A stretch of DNA of 64,000 nt, from NCBI GenBank assembly GCA_947630785.1, contig CANRIW010000007.1, positions 18 to 64,017 on the forward strand, given 5' to 3'. Below, one piece after another: positions 35,420 to 47,845 of this stretch (position 1 is its first letter; the number at the start of each line of letters is the position of its first letter). The notes beneath the pieces were generated by a model. That model searched no databases. It was not told the DNA's origin and saw only the letters and a list, made by a program, of their open reading frames with translations. Made by a program: the position numbers and the translations under genes. The DNA is from an uncultured Oscillospiraceae bacterium. GTDB taxonomy: Bacteria > Bacillota > Clostridia > Oscillospirales > Oscillospiraceae.

Positions 35420-35535
35420 CAGCCCTTCGGGCTGCCACCCCCTTTTGCGAAAGGGGGTTGGTACGAAATTCGCACCGCGGCGCAAGAAACGTACCAAGCT
35501 CCCTTCGCAAAGGGAGCTGGCACGGCGAAGCCGTG
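35420..35535. repeat. Cluster of five short GC-rich tetraloop hairpins (REP-like element or structured RNA)
   Basis: CAGCC-CTTCG-GGCTG. CCCCCTTT-TGCG-AAAGGGGG. GGTACG...CGTACC (outer stem around a GC-rich core). AGCTCCCTT-CGCA-AAGGGAGCT. CACGGC-GAA-GCCGTG. Hairpins 2 and 4 are sequence-related (CCCTT..GCxA..AAGGG). Confidence 0.55.
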
Positions 35536-35564
35536 ACTGAGGGTTTTCTTCTTGTTATTATATC

Positions 35565-35594
35565 TTTACAACCCATCCCCGTTAATGGTATAAT
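35565..35594 (+). promoter_or_regulatory. Putative sigma-70 promoter of pyrE
   Basis: TTTACA, 18-nt spacer, TATAAT. About 44 nt upstream of the pyrE ATG. Confidence 0.5.
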
Positions 35595-35637
35595 CAGACG
35601 AAAAAGACGGCTTTTCGCCGAAAAGGAGAGAGGGAAC

Positions 35638-36315
35638 ATGACCCCCTATCAGGAGGAATTTATCCACTTCATGGTGCGCTCCGGCGTGCTGACCTTCGGG
35701 GACTTCACCACCAAGTCGGGCCGCAAGACCCCCTATTTCGTCAACACCGGCAACTACAAGACCGGCGCCCAGGCCGCACGCCTGGGGGACTACTACGCTG
35801 CCTGCGTCCAGGAGCATATGCCCGACGGCATCGACGCCCTGTTCGGCCCCGCCTACAAGGGCATCCCCCTGGCGGTGACCACCGCCGCCTCCCTGTTCCG
35901 CAATTACGGACGGGACCTGCCCTACTGCTTCAACCGCAAGGAGGCCAAGGATCACGGCGAGGGGGGCTCTATGGTGGGCTACAAGCCCCAGGCGGGGGAC
36001 CGCATCGCCATCATCGAGGACGTGGTCACCGCCGGCACCGCCGTCCGGGAGACCATCGAGCTGTTCAAACACGTGGCCGATGTGGACATCAGAGCGCTGT
36101 TCGTCTCCGTGGACCGGATGGAGCGGGGCACCAGGGACTGCACCACCCTGGACGAGCTGCGGGAGGACTATGGCATCCAGGTGTTCCCCATCGTCACCAT
36201 CCGGGAGATCATAGAGGCGCTGCACGACAAACCGGTGGACGGGAAGGTGTACATCGACGACGAGATGCGGGGCCGCATGGAGGCGTACCTGGCCCAATAC
36301 GGCCCCAGAGGTTGA
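35638..36315 (+). CDS. pyrE: Orotate phosphoribosyltransferase
   Basis: 225 aa. PRPP-binding motif IAIIEDVVTAGTA. N-terminal FGDFTTKSGRKTPYFVN. GGAGAGAGGG RBS. Confidence 0.9.
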   Translation: MTPYQEEFIHFMVRSGVLTFGDFTTKSGRKTPYFVNTGNYKTGAQAARLGDYYAACVQEHMPDGIDALFGPAYKGIPLAVTTAASLFRNYGRDLPYCFNRKEAKDHGEGGSMVGYKPQAGDRIAIIEDVVTAGTAVRETIELFKHVADVDIRALFVSVDRMERGTRDCTTLDELREDYGIQVFPIVTIREIIEALHDKPVDGKVYIDDEMRGRMEAYLAQYGPRG

Positions 36316-36318
36316 ACC

Positions 36319-37032
36319 GTGGCCGGCCGGAAAGAGACAAAGGGGCCTGAGAATCCCCATCAGGATCACCGGAAACGGGTGAAAAAAGAGTTCCGGGACC
36401 GGGGATACAGCCTGACGGGGATGCCAGACCACCGGGCCCTGGAGCTGCTGCTGTTCTACGCCATCCCCCGGCGGGACGTGAACACCCTGGCCCATGAGCT
36501 GGAGCGGCACTTCGGGGGCATCGTGGGGGTGTTCCACGCCACCCCGGAGCAGCTCATGGAGGTGGAGGGCGTGGGCCCGGATACCGCCGCCCTCATCCGG
36601 CTGGTGATGGAGCTGTCCGGCCGGTACCTGGAGCGGATGTACTCCTTTGAGGGCCGGGTGGTGACCATGGGCCAGATGGAGCAGCTGCTGCGGCCCCTGT
36701 TCTTCGGGACCCGGGATGAGATCGCCTATCTGATCTGCATGGACGGGAAGAACAAAGTCATCGCCCAGAGAAAGCTGGGGGAGGGCGTGGCCGACGCGGT
36801 ACAGATCACCGCCAGAAAGGTGCTGGAGGCGGCTTTGAGCTGCAACGCCACACGGGTGGTGCTGGCCCACAACCACGTGTCCGGCGTGGCGCTGCCCTCC
36901 GAGGCGGATGTCGCCACCACCCGCCGGCTGAAAGCGGTGCTGGCGGAGGCGGGGGTCCAGCTGCTGGATCATGTCATTTTTGCCAACGACGAGGCCACCT
37001 CCATGGCGGAGAGCGGCCTCCTGAACGATTGA
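36319..37032 (+). CDS. radC: RadC-family JAB/MPN domain protein
   Basis: 237 aa, GTG start. HhH region (ATPEQLMEVEGVGPDTAA). JAMM motif VLAHNHVSG...PSEAD. Confidence 0.8.
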   Translation: MAGRKETKGPENPHQDHRKRVKKEFRDRGYSLTGMPDHRALELLLFYAIPRRDVNTLAHELERHFGGIVGVFHATPEQLMEVEGVGPDTAALIRLVMELSGRYLERMYSFEGRVVTMGQMEQLLRPLFFGTRDEIAYLICMDGKNKVIAQRKLGEGVADAVQITARKVLEAALSCNATRVVLAHNHVSGVALPSEADVATTRRLKAVLAEAGVQLLDHVIFANDEATSMAESGLLND

Positions 37033-37229
37033 ACGGGAGAGCGCCGGAGACGGCGCTCTCTTTTTGCTCGGAAAAGAAAAGTTTCCCGGCAAAAACACCT
37101 TGCGGGATGCCCCCGGATATGATACGATAACACAATGGATTTCCCGCAGGAGGGCTCCGGTCCCCCTTGACAGATTAAAACGAATGTTCTATCATAGAAG
37201 CGGCCCGTGTGCCGGAAGGGAGGCGCTCC

Positions 37230-39191
37230 ATGCCCAGGTTCGAAGTGGTATCCGAATACACCCCCAGCGGCGACCAGCCCGAGGCCATCGAGGCGCTGGT
37301 GGCCGGCATCGAGAACGGCCTGGACGAGCAGGTGCTCCTGGGCGTCACCGGCTCCGGCAAGACCTTCACCATGGCCAAGGTCATCGAGAAGGTCCAGCGG
37401 CCCACCCTGGTGCTGGCCCACAACAAGACCCTGGCCGCCCAGCTCTGCGCCGAGTTCCGGGAGTTTTTCCCCCACAACGCGGTGGAGTACTTCGTGTCCT
37501 ACTATGACTACTACCAGCCCGAGGCCTATATCCCCCACACCGACACCTTCATCGAGAAGGACATGTCCATCAACGACGAGATCGACCGGCTGCGGCTGTC
37601 GGCCACCGCGTCCCTGCTGGAGCGGCGGGACGTGATCGTGGTGTCCTCCGTGTCCTGCATCTACGGCCTGGGCGAGCCGGAGGACTTTGCCAAGATGATG
37701 GTGTCCCTCCGGGTGGGCATGGAGATCAGGATCGAGGAGCTGCTGAAAAAGCTGGTGGCCATCCGCTATGAGCGCAACGACATTGCCTGGGAGCGGAACA
37801 TGTTCCGGGTCCGGGGGGACACGGTGGAGGTGTGGCCCGCCTACTGGAAGGACACCGCCGTCCGGGTGGAGTTCTTCGGGGATGAGATCGACCGCATCAG
37901 CGAGATCAACGTGGTCACAGGGACGCCGGTCCGGCGGCTGAATAACATCCCCATCTGGCCGGCCACCCACTACGTTACCCCCAAGGATAAGATGGACGCC
38001 GCCATCCAGGAGATCTATAAAGAACTGGAGGAGCGGGTGGCCTTCTTCGAGAAAGAGGGCAAGCTCATCGAGGCCCAGCGCATCAAGCAGCGCACTATGT
38101 ACGACGTGGAGATGATGCAGGAGCTGGGCTACTGCTCCGGCATCGAGAACTACTCCCGGGTCATCGAGGGCAGGGCTCCCGGCACCCCGCCCCACACGCT
38201 GCTGGACTATTTTCCCAAGGACTTCGTGCTGTTCATCGACGAGAGCCACGCTACTCTCCCGCAAGTCCACGCCATGTACAACGGCGACCGGGCCCGGAAG
38301 ACCACCCTGGTGGACTACGGCTTCCGCCTGCCCTGTGCCTTTGACAACCGGCCCCTGAAATTCGACGAGTTCGCCCAGCGGCTCAATCAGGTGATCTATG
38401 TCTCCGCCACCCCCGGCCAGTACGAGCGGGAGCGGGCGGGGCAGATCGTGGAGCAGGTCATCCGGCCCACCGGCCTGCTGGACCCCCGGGTGGAGGTCCG
38501 CCCCGTGGAGGGGCAGATCGACGATCTCATTGCCGAGATCAATCTCCGCACCCAGCGGAGCGAGCGGGTGCTGGTGACCACCCTCACCAAGAAGATGGCG
38601 GAGGGCCTTACCGACTACCTCAAGACCTCCGGCATCCGGGTGCGGTACATGCACCACGACATCGACACCATCGAGCGCATGGAGATCATCCGGGACCTGC
38701 GCCTGGGCGAGTTCGACGTGCTGGTGGGCATCAACCTGCTCCGGGAGGGCCTGGATCTGCCCGAGGTCTCCCTGGTGGCCATCCTGGACGCGGACAAGGA
38801 GGGCTTCCTCCGCTCCGAGACCTCCCTGGTGCAGACCATCGGCCGGGCCGCCCGGAACGCCGACGGCCTGGTCATCCTCTACGCCGACGAGATCACCCCC
38901 TCTATGGCCAGCGCCATGGAGGAGACCGATCGCCGCCGGGCCAAGCAGGACGCCTATAATAAGGCCCACGGCATCGTGCCCAGGACCATCATCAAATCGG
39001 TGCGGGAGCTGATGGCCCTGAACCCGGAGGAGAAGGCCGCCTTCGACCCCAACGCCGCCCAGCTCACCAAGCAGCAGCGGGCGGAGACCATCGCCCGATT
39101 GGAGAAAGAGATGAAAGAGGCGGCCAAGATGCTGGAGTTCGAGATCGCCGCCGCCCTGCGGGACCAGATCATCAAATTGCGGGGGAAATGA
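37230..39191 (+). CDS. uvrB: Excinuclease ABC subunit B
   Basis: Start at [10 protein letters not shown] (GGAAGGGAGG RBS). GVTGSGKT Walker [11 protein letters not shown] beta-hairpin region, and a C-terminal UVR domain. Confidence 0.95.
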   Translation: MPRFEVVSEYTPSGDQPEAIEALVAGIENGLDEQVLLGVTGSGKTFTMAKVIEKVQRPTLVLAHNKTLAAQLCAEFREFFPHNAVEYFVSYYDYYQPEAYIPHTDTFIEKDMSINDEIDRLRLSATASLLERRDVIVVSSVSCIYGLGEPEDFAKMMVSLRVGMEIRIEELLKKLVAIRYERNDIAWERNMFRVRGDTVEVWPAYWKDTAVRVEFFGDEIDRISEINVVTGTPVRRLNNIPIWPATHYVTPKDKMDAAIQEIYKELEERVAFFEKEGKLIEAQRIKQRTMYDVEMMQELGYCSGIENYSRVIEGRAPGTPPHTLLDYFPKDFVLFIDESHATLPQVHAMYNGDRARKTTLVDYGFRLPCAFDNRPLKFDEFAQRLNQVIYVSATPGQYERERAGQIVEQVIRPTGLLDPRVEVRPVEGQIDDLIAEINLRTQRSERVLVTTLTKKMAEGLTDYLKTSGIRVRYMHHDIDTIERMEIIRDLRLGEFDVLVGINLLREGLDLPEVSLVAILDADKEGFLRSETSLVQTIGRAARNADGLVILYADEITPSMASAMEETDRRRAKQDAYNKAHGIVPRTIIKSVRELMALNPEEKAAFDPNAAQLTKQQRAETIARLEKEMKEAAKMLEFEIAAALRDQIIKLRGK

Positions 39192-39955
39192 CTATGGACG
39201 AGACCAAAGGACTGGCCCGCCTGAAATGCCTGAACGCCCTGACGCTGAAGATCATCGCCATGGCGCTGATGCTGTGCGACCATGCCTGGGCCACCGTCGC
39301 GCCGGGGCAGGGCTGGGCGTGGCTCACCGCCGTGGGCCGCATCGCCTTTCCCATCTTCGCCTTCCAGATCGCGGAGGGCTTTGCCCTGACCCATGACCGG
39401 AAGAAGTACCTGCTGCGGATGTTCCTCTTCGCCCTGATCTCCGAGATTCCCTTCAATTATCTCACCGAGGGCGGGCCCATCAACCCCTTCCACCAGAACG
39501 TCATGTTCACCTTCTGCGAGGCCCTGCTGGCCCTGATTGTGCTGGACTGGGCCAAAAAGAAGGGGACGGCAGCCTTTGTCATCGCCATCCCCCTGACCCT
39601 GATCGTCACCTATCTGGTGGGCTTTGTCACCTTTGTGGACTACTTCGGCTACGGCGTCTGGACGGTGATCGTGTTCTACCTGTGCCGGGACGTGAAATTC
39701 GGCTGGATCATCGAACTGGCCGCCCTGTTCTATATCAACTGGGAGATGATCGGCGGGCTGGTCTACCCGGTCACTCTCTTTGGCCGGAGCTTCGATATCC
39801 CGGAGCAAGGGCTGGCGGTGCTGGCCCTCATCCCCATCTGGCTCTACAACGGCAAACAGGGCCCCCACAGCAGGGCCATCCAGTTCGCCTGCTACGCCTT
39901 CTATCCCGTCCATATCGCTGTGCTGGTGCTGCTGGCGCATTTGATATACGGGTAA
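39188..39955 (+). CDS. TraX-family integral membrane protein
   Basis: 255 aa polytopic. [13 protein letters not shown]...[16 protein letters not shown] is typical of TraX-like proteins. ATGA overlap with the uvrB stop. Confidence 0.7.
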   Translation: MTMDETKGLARLKCLNALTLKIIAMALMLCDHAWATVAPGQGWAWLTAVGRIAFPIFAFQIAEGFALTHDRKKYLLRMFLFALISEIPFNYLTEGGPINPFHQNVMFTFCEALLALIVLDWAKKKGTAAFVIAIPLTLIVTYLVGFVTFVDYFGYGVWTVIVFYLCRDVKFGWIIELAALFYINWEMIGGLVYPVTLFGRSFDIPEQGLAVLALIPIWLYNGKQGPHSRAIQFACYAFYPVHIAVLVLLAHLIYG

Positions 39956-39982
39956 GCTGCCGTCCTGACAGGAGGTGCTCCC

Positions 39983-40717
39983 ATGGACGATTACCCCCGC
40001 ACAACGCTGCAAAAAACGCTCCTGATCCTGCTGTTGGTGATGGCGGTGGTGTTCGGTGTCCTCACCGCCTGGTTCCAGGGACATCCCGGCGTAAGCTTCC
40101 GGGGGACGATGCTGTATCCCTCCCGGGAGGGAGATGCCGCCGTCTACACCGGCAGGATCCACGGCAAGACCGTCTCCATCGCCTGCCGCCCGGACGGGGC
40201 GGGGACGGTGGTGGACCTGACCGAGGACGGCGGCCTGGTCCACGCCTGCCGGGTGGACTACCCGGAGGGGACCGTCACCGACGGGGACGGCGACGTCTGG
40301 CCCCGGGTGGAGATCACCCGGGACGGGGAGACCCTGTTCCAGGGGGCGTATAACCCCTACGCGTCCGGTTTCCCGACGCTGTACGACGAGGGCGGGGAGT
40401 GGCACGCCCCCATCACCATTGTGGTGGGAAACGCAGAGCCCGACTTCGGCGAGTTCGACATCTTCAGGTTCGCCCGGGGGCCGGAGCTGGTTCGGCGGGG
40501 AAGCTGGATGGCCTGGGCGCTGGCGGCGCTGCTGCTGTCCGGCATCGCGGCCCTGGCTGTGGCGTTTCCCATGGCCCTGTTCCGGTTCAACCACTTCCTG
40601 TCCGTCAAGGACCCGGAACCCACGGAGTTCTACCTCTATATGCAGAAGGTGGGTTGGGTGCTCTTCACCGCATTCATCCTGGGCGTCTACATCTGGGGCC
40701 TGACCATCATCGACTAG
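39983..40717 (+). CDS. Hypothetical membrane protein (N-terminal TM, soluble domain, two C-terminal TM helices)
   Basis: 244 aa. AGGAGGTG RBS. No family recognised. Confidence 0.5.
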   Translation: MDDYPRTTLQKTLLILLLVMAVVFGVLTAWFQGHPGVSFRGTMLYPSREGDAAVYTGRIHGKTVSIACRPDGAGTVVDLTEDGGLVHACRVDYPEGTVTDGDGDVWPRVEITRDGETLFQGAYNPYASGFPTLYDEGGEWHAPITIVVGNAEPDFGEFDIFRFARGPELVRRGSWMAWALAALLLSGIAALAVAFPMALFRFNHFLSVKDPEPTEFYLYMQKVGWVLFTAFILGVYIWGLTIID

Positions 40718-40729
40718 CGGAGGCGCGCC

Positions 40730-41218
40730 ATGGCGAAAAAAGAGGACAAGACCAACGTGATGCGCCTGCTGGACCAGGCGGGGGTGGCGTACACCGCCCA
40801 CACCTATCCCCATGAGGACGGCGCGGTGGACGGCGTGACGGTAGCCCGCATGACCGGCCAGGACCCGGACAGGGTGTTCAAGACCCTGGTGACCAGAGGG
40901 GCATCCGGGGCGTACTATGTGTTCCCCATCCCGGTGGGGGCGGCGCTGGACCTGAAAAAGGCGGCGAAAGCGGCGGGGGAGAAGTCCGTGGCCATGCTGC
41001 CCCAGAAGGAGCTGCTGTCCCTCACCGGTTACGTCCACGGGGGCTGCTCCCCGGTGGGGATGAAAAAGCGGTTCCCCACCATCTTCGACGAGACATGCCT
41101 GCTGTTCGACACCATCCTGGTGTCTGCCGGGAAGATCGGGTATCAGGTGGAGGTGGGCCCGGAGGACCTGATGGTCCTGGTAGGCGGGACGGCCGCCGAC
41201 GTGACAGTGGAGGGATAA
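40730..41218 (+). CDS. ybaK: Cys-tRNA(Pro)/Cys-tRNA(Cys) deacylase YbaK
   Basis: 162 aa. KTLV...GYVHGGCSP.G motifs of the YbaK/EbsC trans-editing domain. Confidence 0.85.
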   Translation: MAKKEDKTNVMRLLDQAGVAYTAHTYPHEDGAVDGVTVARMTGQDPDRVFKTLVTRGASGAYYVFPIPVGAALDLKKAAKAAGEKSVAMLPQKELLSLTGYVHGGCSPVGMKKRFPTIFDETCLLFDTILVSAGKIGYQVEVGPEDLMVLVGGTAADVTVEG

Positions 41219-42151
41219 GTGATGACAGAGACCTCAAAAACAATTCTGGAACAATATCAGGTGCGCAAGTCCGGGCGGGAGAAGGCCGCCTTTCGGGACT
41301 GGCTGTGCGGTGAACTGAAAAAGGCGGGGTACGCCCCCACAGTGGAACAGAGCGCCTTTGCCCACAATGTCATCGTGGGCGACCCAGAGCGGGCGGAGGT
41401 ATTCTTCACCGCCCACTACGACACCCAGGCCGTGCTGCCCATCCCCAACTTCATCACCCCCCGGAACTTTGGGTGGTATCTGCTGTATCAGCTGGCCCTG
41501 GCGGTCCCCATGTTCCTCCTTGCCGCCCTGGCGGAGGTTCTGGTGATCCTCCTGTTCGACCCACCCCTCCCCGTCGCTCTGTGGGCATTCATCGCCGTCA
41601 TGCTGTTCTTCTGCTGGTGGTTGTTCTTCGGTCCCGCCAACCGGCACACCGTCAACGACAACACCAGCGGGGTCATCACCCTGGTGGAGACGGCGCTGGC
41701 CCTGCCCCCGGAGGATCGGGACAGGGTGTGCTTCGTGTTCTTCGACAACGAGGAGCGGGGGATGCTGGGTTCCTCCGCCTTCGCGGGGAAGCACAAAACG
41801 GTGAAAAACGGCGGCCTGGTCATCAACTTCGACTGTGTGTCCGACGGGGAGTCCGTCCAGTTCTTCCCCACCAAGGGGCTGAAACAGGACGGGGCCGCCC
41901 TGGCCCAAATCGAGTCCGCCTTCCTGCCCCAAGGCGGGAAATCAGTGGAGGTGGTCCGGGGCTTCGGTTTCTACCCCTCCGACAACGCCTCCTTCCGGCG
42001 GGCCGCCGGGGTGTGCGCTTTGAAAAAGAGCAAGACCTTCGGCTGGTACATGGACCGCATCCACACCGCGAAGGACACCGTGATGCAGGAGGAGAACATC
42101 GATCTGCTCCGGGACGGCTGCCTGCGGCTGGCCGCCGGGACGCAAAAATAA
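41219..42151 (+). CDS. M28-family metallopeptidase-like protein with an internal hydrophobic insertion
   Basis: 310 aa (GTG at 41219 or ATG at 41222). HYDT, NDNTSG and DNEERG metal-ligand motifs. About 75 hydrophobic residues lie between the first two motifs. Confidence 0.7.
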   Translation: MMTETSKTILEQYQVRKSGREKAAFRDWLCGELKKAGYAPTVEQSAFAHNVIVGDPERAEVFFTAHYDTQAVLPIPNFITPRNFGWYLLYQLALAVPMFLLAALAEVLVILLFDPPLPVALWAFIAVMLFFCWWLFFGPANRHTVNDNTSGVITLVETALALPPEDRDRVCFVFFDNEERGMLGSSAFAGKHKTVKNGGLVINFDCVSDGESVQFFPTKGLKQDGAALAQIESAFLPQGGKSVEVVRGFGFYPSDNASFRRAAGVCALKKSKTFGWYMDRIHTAKDTVMQEENIDLLRDGCLRLAAGTQK

Positions 42152-42163
42152 GGAGAACCATCT

Positions 42164-44989
<2,826 letters not shown>

Positions 44990-45014
44990 AACTCCCGCGA
45001 TAGGAGGAGACCCA

Positions 45015-45500
45015 TTGGACATTTTACAGTGGCTGACCGGGACCCGGTTCGGCGAGTTCGTATTCACCATATTGGTGTCCATGATCCCGGTGGTGGAGCT
45101 GCGGGGCGGCATCCCCTTCGGGGTGGCGGCGGGGCTGCCCGTGTGGGCGGCCTGGCTGGCCGCCGTCATCGGAAACCTGATCCCCGTGCCCTTCATCATC
45201 GTCTATATCCGGCGCGTTTTTCAGTGGATGCGGCAGCGTTTCCCAAAGCTCAACAGCATGGTGGACGCCCTGGAGCGGAAGGCCCACCTGAAGGGCCGGG
45301 TGGTGAGCCGGTACAAATACCTGGGTCTGGCCATCTTCGTGGCCATTCCCCTGCCGGGGACAGGGGCCTGGACGGGCGCCCTGGCGGCGGCCTTTCTGGA
45401 TATGCCCCTGCGAAAGGCCCTCCCATCCATCGTGGCGGGGGTGCTGGTGGCGGGGACGGTCATCAGTCTGCTGGCCTACGGCGTGGTCAGTCTGTTTTGA
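45015..45500 (+). CDS. Small multidrug-export-like membrane protein (COG2426 family)
   Basis: 161 aa, TTG start with an AGGAGGAG RBS. PVVELRGGIP and PLPGTGAWTG motifs. Confidence 0.65.
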   Translation: MDILQWLTGTRFGEFVFTILVSMIPVVELRGGIPFGVAAGLPVWAAWLAAVIGNLIPVPFIIVYIRRVFQWMRQRFPKLNSMVDALERKAHLKGRVVSRYKYLGLAIFVAIPLPGTGAWTGALAAAFLDMPLRKALPSIVAGVLVAGTVISLLAYGVVSLF

Positions 45501-45512
45501 GGAGGTGCGCGG

Positions 45513-46106
45513 ATGTATCTGTATCTGGTGCGCCATGGGCAGTCCGTGGGCAATGAGCGGGGAGTGTTCTACGGCCTGTCCGACCACCCCCTCACAGAAC
45601 TGGGCCGGGAGCAGGCCCGGCAGGCGGCGGAGAAGCTGAGGGAGGTGTCCTTCACCCGCTGCGTGGCCAGCGACCTGTCCCGGGCCTGGGACACCGCCCT
45701 CATCTGCGCGGAGGGAAGGGGAGTAGAGGTGGAGCCTGACCCCCGCCTCCGGGAGCAGGACATGGGGGAGATGGAGGACATGCCCTTTAAGGAGGGCTTC
45801 GCCCGCTGGGGGGACGACTTCCACCGGATGCTGCGGGATTGGGTCCACATGCCACCGCCGGGGGGCGAGGACGTGGCCCATATGAAGGAGCGGGTGGGCG
45901 CCGCGGTGGACGAGTTGGTGGCGCGGGGGGAGGACGTCCTCCTTGTGGCCCACGGCGGCACCCTGTCCCTGATCCTGAGCCATTTCGGGCTGGCCAGGGA
46001 GTGTGAGCTGATGAACCCAGACTACAACTGGTTCTTCACCCAGGGCGCCTATTCCGCCATCCGGGTGGACGAGAACGGCGCGGAACTGGTCTGCTTCAAC
46101 CGGTGA
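45513..46106 (+). CDS. Histidine phosphatase family protein (phosphoglycerate mutase / CobC-like)
   Basis: 197 aa. LVRHGQS catalytic RHG motif and a late HGG motif. GAGGAGGTG RBS. Confidence 0.8.
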   Translation: MYLYLVRHGQSVGNERGVFYGLSDHPLTELGREQARQAAEKLREVSFTRCVASDLSRAWDTALICAEGRGVEVEPDPRLREQDMGEMEDMPFKEGFARWGDDFHRMLRDWVHMPPPGGEDVAHMKERVGAAVDELVARGEDVLLVAHGGTLSLILSHFGLARECELMNPDYNWFFTQGAYSAIRVDENGAELVCFNR

Positions 46107-46286
46107 ACGAACCCCCCTCTTTGGCCATAGAATGGGCCGGAGGTGGCGGAAATGGCGCTGTTTTGGGATTGTTTGATGGCTCTGCTGGCGGCCTTCGGGC
46201 TGGTGTGTATCGCGTGGCCGCCCATCCTGTGGGAGAAGATCGAATATTATCACCGGGCAAAACACAAGAGAAACGAGGGGAAAACG

Positions 46287-47783
46287 ATGGAACTGAACGA
46301 GGCGTTGAACAAGCTGGACGCGCTGCAAAAAAAGTCCTATGCCTATGGAGCGGGACTGTCCGCCCTGTACCTGGACGGGGATACCGTGGCCCCGTCTGAT
46401 ACTGAGGAGGGCCGCTCCCTGGCGGTGAGCGTCCTGGCGGGGGAGTGGCATGAGAGATTCACCTCTCCTGAGACCGGGGAACTGCTGGACTTCCTGGCGG
46501 CCCATAAAGAGGAGCTGGACCAGGTCCGGCGGCGGCAGGTGGAGGAGCTGAAGCGGGACTACGACAAAGACCGCCGTATCCCGGCGGAGGAGTACATGGA
46601 GTTCCAGCGGCTCACCAGCGAGGCCAACGCCGTGTGGAAACGGGCCAAGGCGGGGAACGACTTCGCCCTGTTCCTGCCGTACCTGGAGAAGATCGTGGCC
46701 TTCAACCGGAAATTCGCCGGATATTACGACCCCGACAAGGCCCCCTACGACGCTTTGTTGGACGAGTACGAGCGGGGGACCTCCATGGCCTTTTACGACC
46801 CCTTTTTCGCCGCCCTGCGGGAGCGCATCGTGCCTCTGATCCGGGCTGTGGGCGAAAAGGAGCAGCCTGACGACTCCTTCCTCCGCCGGCGCTATCCCGT
46901 CGAGGCCCAGCGAAAATTTTCCGATTACCTGATGGAGGTCATGGGGCTGGACCGCCGGCATGTGGGCATCGGTGAGACGGAGCACCCCTTTACCGACAGC
47001 TTCAACAACAAGGACGTGCGTATCACCACCCACTATTACGAGAACGATGTGGCCTCCTCCATGTACTCGGTCATCCACGAGGGGGGCCACGCCAAGTACG
47101 ACCTGGGGGTGGCGGACGAGCTGCAGTATACCCGCCTGGCCGGGGGCGTGTCCATGGGCCTCCACGAGAGCCAGTCCCGGTTCTACGAGAATCTGATCGG
47201 CCGGTCCCTGCCCTTTATCCGGGCCATCTTTCCCAGGATGAGGGAGTTCTTCCCGGAGCAGCTGGCAGACGTGACCCCTGAGATGTTCTGGCGGGCGGTG
47301 AACAAAGCCCAGCCCTCCCTCATCCGCACCGAGGCAGACGAACTGACCTACCCCCTCCATGTGATGGTCCGCTACGAGATCGAAAAGCGGCTCATCGACG
47401 GCACCCTGGAGGCCAAAGACGTGCCTGAAACCTGGAACCGCCTCTATAAGGAGTATCTGGGGGTGGATGTGCCCGACGACACCCACGGCTGCCTCCAGGA
47501 CTCCCACTGGGCGGGAGGGTCCCTGGGCTACTTCCCCACCTACGCCCTGGGCAGCGCCTACGGCGCCCAGATGCTGAAAAACATGGAGCATGACATAGAC
47601 GTGTGGGGCCCGGTGGGCCGGGGGGATCTGTCCCAGGTGACCGCATGGCTTAAGGAGAAGGTCCACCGGTTCGGCGGCCTTTTAGAGCCCGCCGATGTGG
47701 TGAAAAACGCCTGCGGGACCTTCGATCCCACCATCTACACCGACTATCTGACCCGAAAATACAGCGAATTATATCATCTGTGA
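46287..47783 (+). CDS. M32 carboxypeptidase (Taq-type thermostable carboxypeptidase family)
   Basis: Start at MELNEAL (GAGGGG RBS). HEGGHA (HExxH), EHPFT and DVRITT motifs. An in-frame upstream ATG at 46152 with its own GGAGGTG RBS would add a 45-aa hydrophobic N-terminus. Confidence 0.85.
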   Translation: MELNEALNKLDALQKKSYAYGAGLSALYLDGDTVAPSDTEEGRSLAVSVLAGEWHERFTSPETGELLDFLAAHKEELDQVRRRQVEELKRDYDKDRRIPAEEYMEFQRLTSEANAVWKRAKAGNDFALFLPYLEKIVAFNRKFAGYYDPDKAPYDALLDEYERGTSMAFYDPFFAALRERIVPLIRAVGEKEQPDDSFLRRRYPVEAQRKFSDYLMEVMGLDRRHVGIGETEHPFTDSFNNKDVRITTHYYENDVASSMYSVIHEGGHAKYDLGVADELQYTRLAGGVSMGLHESQSRFYENLIGRSLPFIRAIFPRMREFFPEQLADVTPEMFWRAVNKAQPSLIRTEADELTYPLHVMVRYEIEKRLIDGTLEAKDVPETWNRLYKEYLGVDVPDDTHGCLQDSHWAGGSLGYFPTYALGSAYGAQMLKNMEHDIDVWGPVGRGDLSQVTAWLKEKVHRFGGLLEPADVVKNACGTFDPTIYTDYLTRKYSELYHL

Positions 47784-47789
47784 GTGTGA

Positions 47790-47825
47790 AAAAGCGCCCT
47801 CTCTGACACAGAGAGGGCGCTTTTG
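47790..47825. terminator. Bidirectional hairpin terminator
   Basis: AAAAAGCGCCCTCTC TGACACA GAGAGGGCGCTTTT between the convergent M32 and MFS genes. Confidence 0.8.
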
Positions 47826-47845
47826 TGTGCGCATTTTGGGGCAAA

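Noticed and set aside
35420-35535. Hairpin cluster as a possible CRISPR array or tRNA-like element
   Set aside because: The units are not identical direct repeats separated by unique spacers, and there are no cas genes. No cloverleaf or T-loop (GGTTCGAATCC-like) signature is present.
39188-39955. TraX-family gene as a possible marker of a conjugative or integrative element
   Set aside because: No relaxase, T4SS, coupling protein, integrase, recombinase or repeat boundaries are nearby. The gene overlaps uvrB by ATGA and sits among housekeeping genes. TraX-like acyltransferase homologues are common chromosomal genes.
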